From: Nitrosotalea sp.
GTDB taxonomy: Archaea > Thermoproteota > Nitrososphaeria > Nitrososphaerales > Nitrosopumilaceae
Direction of reading: 5' to 3'
NCBI GenBank assembly: GCA_050749405.1
Contig: JBOGRD010000002.1
Coordinates: 174,729-183,037 of the forward strand
Length of the DNA: 8,309 nucleotides
Part shown: positions 7,101 through 8,309 of the stretch, in pieces
How positions within the stretch are numbered: position 1 is the first letter of the stretch
Layout: the number at the start of each line of letters is the position of its first letter
The notes under the pieces: generated by a model
The model's database searches: none
Seen by the model: the letters and a program-made list of their open reading frames with translations, nothing else
What the model was told of the DNA's origin: nothing
Made by a program: the position numbers and the translations under genes

Positions 7101-8309
7101 ACTATAGAGTACTTGTCGTAGGAATTAGTGTACAGAGTGGCACAAACAATGTAGTGTCTACCGTAAAAGATGGTTCGACTGCATTTACATATATTACATC
7201 TGTTGTGGCAAGCCATGGTGGTACTCACGTTGAAGATGAGATGTGGTATCTGATTAACCCTCCAATAGGATCGAACACCATTACAGCTACACTGACAGCC
7301 GGCACCACGGCTAACATGGTGATGGGCGTAACATCACTTTATGGTGTGGACAATTCAACAACCATAGGCACTCCAGTCACAAATATAAGCGGAGGCCAAG
7401 GTAGCACCACACCCAGTGTAGCAGTTACGACCACGAAAACAAACAGTTGGGTTGTTGATTCACTGTCTGTTGCAAGTAACACTGGAGCCCAAACAACAGG
7501 TGCAACTCAAAGCTCTCCACTTTATTCTGGAACGGTAGGTTCCACTCTTGGAGGATTTGGTAGCGACAGTAGCACCACTACAACAGGTTCGTACACTTCG
7601 TCATGGCTATTGGGTGCATCAAGTACGTGGGCCGAGATTGGAGTAGAATTCATCCCTTCAGGAATAAAAGCCCCGCTAGAATCACTAGCTCTGAGCGACA
7701 CATTGTTTCTACAGAGAGTAAAACATGTATCCCTAAGCGAGCCACTTTTACTTTCTGATAACCTGAATCTGATTAAATCAATATCAACAAACCTCCCGGA
7801 GTCACTACAATTTACTGATAGTGTAACTAAATCAAAGACCTTCAAGTTGGCAATGGTAGAGGCGTTGACACTATCAGACTCGGTATCTACACTCCACAAC
7901 AACCTCAAATCACTCTCTGACTCACTCACACTATCAGACTCGGTATCTACACTCCACAACAACCTCAAATCACTCTCTGACTCACTCACACTATCAGACT
8001 CGGTATCTACAACAAGGTCTTCCACTCAATCACTATCTGACTCACTAGACATAACAGATACCGCAGCTACAACAAGGTCTTCCACTCAATCACTATCTGA
8101 CTCACTAGACATAACAGATACCGCAGCTACAACAAGGTCTTCCACTCAATCACTATCTGACTCACTCACACTATCAGACTCGGTATCTGCAACAAGGTCT
8201 GTCACTCAACCATTGACTGATTCACTAGACCTAACCGATTCAGTATCTGCAACAAGGTCTGTCACTCAACCATTGACTGATTCACTAGACCTAACCGATT
8301 CAGTATCTG
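4103..8309 (+). CDS. 3'-partial giant surface protein (at least 1402 codons): signal/anchor + unknown N-domain + internal signal-like segment + NGYSNSTQALNL repeats + LamG jelly-roll + Ig/MG-like domains + 20-aa repeat stalk
   Basis: Frame 2 was read codon by codon from the stop at 4058-4060 to nt 8308 with no stop, which is very unlikely by chance in AT-rich DNA. The domain content is coherent. TTG at 4103 gives MKAKIFSISIFCLLAISLLTIASNDA; an alternative TTG lies at 4082 and the first in-frame ATG is at 4187. The ORF is missing from the supplied track because it is open at the window end. Confidence 0.9.
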   Translation, partial: MKAKIFSISIFCLLAISLLTIASNDATAMNNENTTVQKNSTPDQTNTISQNSKSTKQVEIDLNDGVSVSANDPQNQGHHDLQYAQPILHQQIDLSEKLAISINKPGDDMIILVKQSSDNLTTLERITGIDRLRFDGRKLVEEKNGLNLSDQNQLDIISYAQNKIRTIDELTINYIGQDITNSVHKFAPPLGIQLDSIATSIQHRTQLIVGNSYVLGNDLTELAHSAADLKNPTLLIVLVPLSGYILIRSEGTEITFYNSKRFVSLVLFVIIISSTVIGPVSVSPSFLAYAYSQANESNTSAIISEQNVSQTNSGLNFNGYSNSTQALNLNGYSNSTQALNLNGYSNSTQALNLNGYSNSTQITSAPNATQSWNFGTKNNKTQTIGQIELDNTTNSTALQLQGNGYLTANGSATKEIKDLTLSAWVKPDFSQGSPVFTVISKEGEFALSINNIIPPYKIAQFSVFDGIKWDTVNSTVPIGQTWTNLAATFNGSSISLYVNGTLQSSVPLTKMMTISEDGNLATKNSTDLSSNADIVIGAEYNSIRKEASSQFSGLISNVNLYDSLLTSPQISDLYNQNLVTFYPQLAHVVKTSLPANSTLTDALALLDNVSLNYTDNSNMTNSTLLNYTVSANSLNLNPTESAYKITDNPELHFQYVNDTTFAKLSKMAKMSKGGSQSGAWQSNSEDIKITLLDPHGKTIPANATFAKIREGKFDITIPSARYGKPGLYTAIVELTKDGKKYVSQTQFAWGLVIVNTNKSIYKPGETADLTIVVLDNGGRPVCNSQISLDILSPDLTSTLLSSGNGISRDKLCGVYDAQYLVSSEGNYTVNVTASTPNGITHFSTYFLAKNNYDFDIIRTADSKIDPINNPNLFNVRIDIGSYVNTQGLTIKEFVPSVFNITTDGSVQTVGDTKVLTWNKDLVGNKTFVQYSYSVPLDFPQIYALGPVQITYGSGESFTEARQWFVANDPAGTIGEDAAQGFTTSSAANSLSGSITVGNNNYRVLVVGISVQSGTNNVVSTVKDGSTAFTYITSVVASHGGTHVEDEMWYLINPPIGSNTITATLTAGTTANMVMGVTSLYGVDNSTTIGTPVTNISGGQGSTTPSVAVTTTKTNSWVVDSLSVASNTGAQTTGATQSSPLYSGTVGSTLGGFGSDSSTTTTGSYTSSWLLGASSTWAEIGVEFIPSGIKAPLESLALSDTLFLQRVKHVSLSEPLLLSDNLNLIKSISTNLPESLQFTDSVTKSKTFKLAMVEALTLSDSVSTLHNNLKSLSDSLTLSDSVSTLHNNLKSLSDSLTLSDSVSTTRSSTQSLSDSLDITDTAATTRSSTQSLSDSLDITDTAATTRSSTQSLSDSLTLSDSVSATRSVTQPLTDSLDLTDSVSATRSVTQPLTDSLDLTDSVS
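4880..4972 (+). other. Internal Sec-signal-peptide-like segment (aa ~260-290) ending A-Y-A
   Basis: The segment reads KR-FVSLVLFVIIISSTVIGPVSV-SPSFLAYA/YSQ, i.e. n-, h- and c-regions with an AxA-type site. It is preceded by another hydrophobic stretch, TLLIVLVPLSGYILI (4799-4843), and a short basic loop. Confidence 0.5.
5054..5185 (+). repeat. Perfect in-frame 36-bp tandem repeat, 3.67 copies, encoding NGYSNSTQALNL
   Basis: The unit aacggctactccaactctacacaagcactcaacctc occurs at 5054-5089, 5090-5125 and 5126-5161, with a 24-bp partial copy at 5162-5185. There are zero mismatches. A degenerate copy end lies at 5045-5053. Confidence 0.97.
5291..5824 (+). other. LamG / concanavalin-A-like lectin jelly-roll domain (Laminin_G_3-type)
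   Basis: The sequence is ALQLQGNGYLTA...LTLSAWVKPDF...VISKEGEFALSI...GQTWTNLAATFNGSSISLYVNGTL...IVIGAEY...FSGLISNVNLYDSLLTSPQISDLY. It matches the family pattern: F-x-G at the start, [ST]-x-x-x-W-[VI]-[KR], W-x-h-h-A-x-T-x-x-G-x-x-h-x-L-Y-V-[DN]-G, h-x-I-G, F-x-G-x-h-x-x-V-x-h-Y-x-x-x-L-[ST]-x-x-[EQ]-I. Confidence 0.85.
6362..6603 (+). other. MG/Ig-like beta-sandwich domain (alpha-2-macroglobulin MG-domain-like by motif)
   Basis: VNTNKSIYKPGETADLTIVVLDNGGRPV...GNYTVNVTA resembles the D-[KR]-x-x-Y-[KR]-P-G-[EQ]-x-h-x-h-x-h-h-h-x-D-x-x-G-x-P opening of MG domains. It has two Cys (RPVC, DKLC). A further beta-sandwich-like stretch follows (LTIKEFVPSVFNITTDG..VLTWN..FVQYSYSV, ~6760-6960). Confidence 0.45.
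7013..7660 (+). other. Unrecognised Ser/Thr/Gly-rich globular domain preceding the repeat stalk
   Basis: The stretch reads YRVLVVGISVQSG..STAFTYITSV..EDEMWYLINPPIGSNTITATL..MGVTSLYGVDN..NSWVVDSLSV..SYTSSWLLGASSTWAEIGVEFIPS. Alternating hydrophobic beta-strand-like patterns are present, but no family was recognised by eye. Confidence 0.3.
7676..7867 (+). repeat. Degenerate 20-22-aa repeats (protein level) leading into the perfect 60-bp arrays
   Basis: The units are LESLALSDTLFLQRVKHVS / LSEPLLLSDNLNLIKSISTN / LPESLQFTDSVTKSKTFKLAMV / EALTLSDSVS. They share the [ES]-x-L-x-[LF]-[ST]-D-[STN]-[LV] core of the downstream units. Confidence 0.7.
7868..8011 (+). repeat. 60-bp perfect tandem repeat, block A, 2.4 copies (DSLTLSDSVS-TLHNNLKSLS)
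   Basis: Lag-60 identity is 100% from 7868-7951 against 7928-8011. The repeat is in frame. Confidence 0.97.
8007..8166 (+). repeat. 60-bp perfect tandem repeat, block B, ~2.6 copies (TTRSSTQSLS-DSLDITDTAA)
   Basis: Lag-60 identity is 100% from 8007-8106 against 8067-8166. The repeat is in frame. Confidence 0.97.
8183..8309 (+). repeat. 60-bp perfect tandem repeat, block C, at least 2.1 copies and continuing beyond the window (ATRSVTQPLT-DSLDLTDSVS)
   Basis: Lag-60 identity is 100% from 8183-8249 against 8243-8309. The array is cut by the window end. Confidence 0.95.

Noticed and set aside
7522-8025. Minus-strand 167-aa ORF with repeated SVDTESDSVSESESDLRLLW
   Set aside because: It is the antisense reading of the 60-bp block-A repeats. 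The + strand frame is continuous with 3.4 kb of upstream coding sequence.
7868-8309. CRISPR array interpretation of the regularly spaced 60-bp repeats
   Set aside because: The copies are contiguous with no unique spacers and sit in frame within a long CDS. They vary as 30-bp half-modules that encode a coherent 20-aa peptide repeat. No cas genes or leader are visible.

Overview
Visibly AT-rich 8.3-kb window, almost entirely taken up by two co-directional (+ strand) giant, repeat-built proteins that look extracellular. Both are cut by the window edges and they are separated by a 574-bp spacer (3529-4102) with no convincing gene. (1) 1..3528: frame 1 is open from base 1, so the TTG at 76 in the ORF track is not the real start. 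In-window architecture: at least 6 NHL beta-propeller blades, PKD-like domain, three ~100-aa Ig-like modules, second PKD-like domain, fourth Ig-like module, then a C-terminal beta-helix-like domain carrying a six-fold H-x-E-[QK]-N-type motif ladder. (2) 4103..>8309: a 1402-codon open frame (frame 2) that is absent from the supplied ORF track because it has no stop inside the window. I checked it codon by codon and found no stop. It encodes an N-terminal hydrophobic signal or anchor, an unrecognised ~200-aa region, two further hydrophobic segments (the second looks like a complete Sec signal peptide ending A-Y-A), a perfect 36-bp x 3.7 tandem repeat (NGYSNSTQALNL), a clear LamG / concanavalin-A-like jelly-roll domain, Ig/MG-like beta-sandwich domains, an unrecognised Ser/Thr/Gly-rich domain, and a 60-bp (20-aa) tandem-repeat stalk. 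That stalk goes from degenerate to nucleotide-perfect mosaic copies and runs off the window end. All four listed minus-strand ORFs between 5027 and 8025 are antisense shadows of this CDS. No rRNA, tRNA, CRISPR, transposase or other recognisable mobile-element gene is visible. Composition, A/T-ending codon bias, TTG starts and the NHL/PKD/LamG giant-protein theme are compatible with an ammonia-oxidising thaumarchaeon (Nitrosopumilales-like), but that is an unverified guess. The most notable points are the untracked giant ORF, its in-frame perfect repeat arrays (possible length-variable surface stalk and glycosylation cassette), and its odd N-terminal topology.
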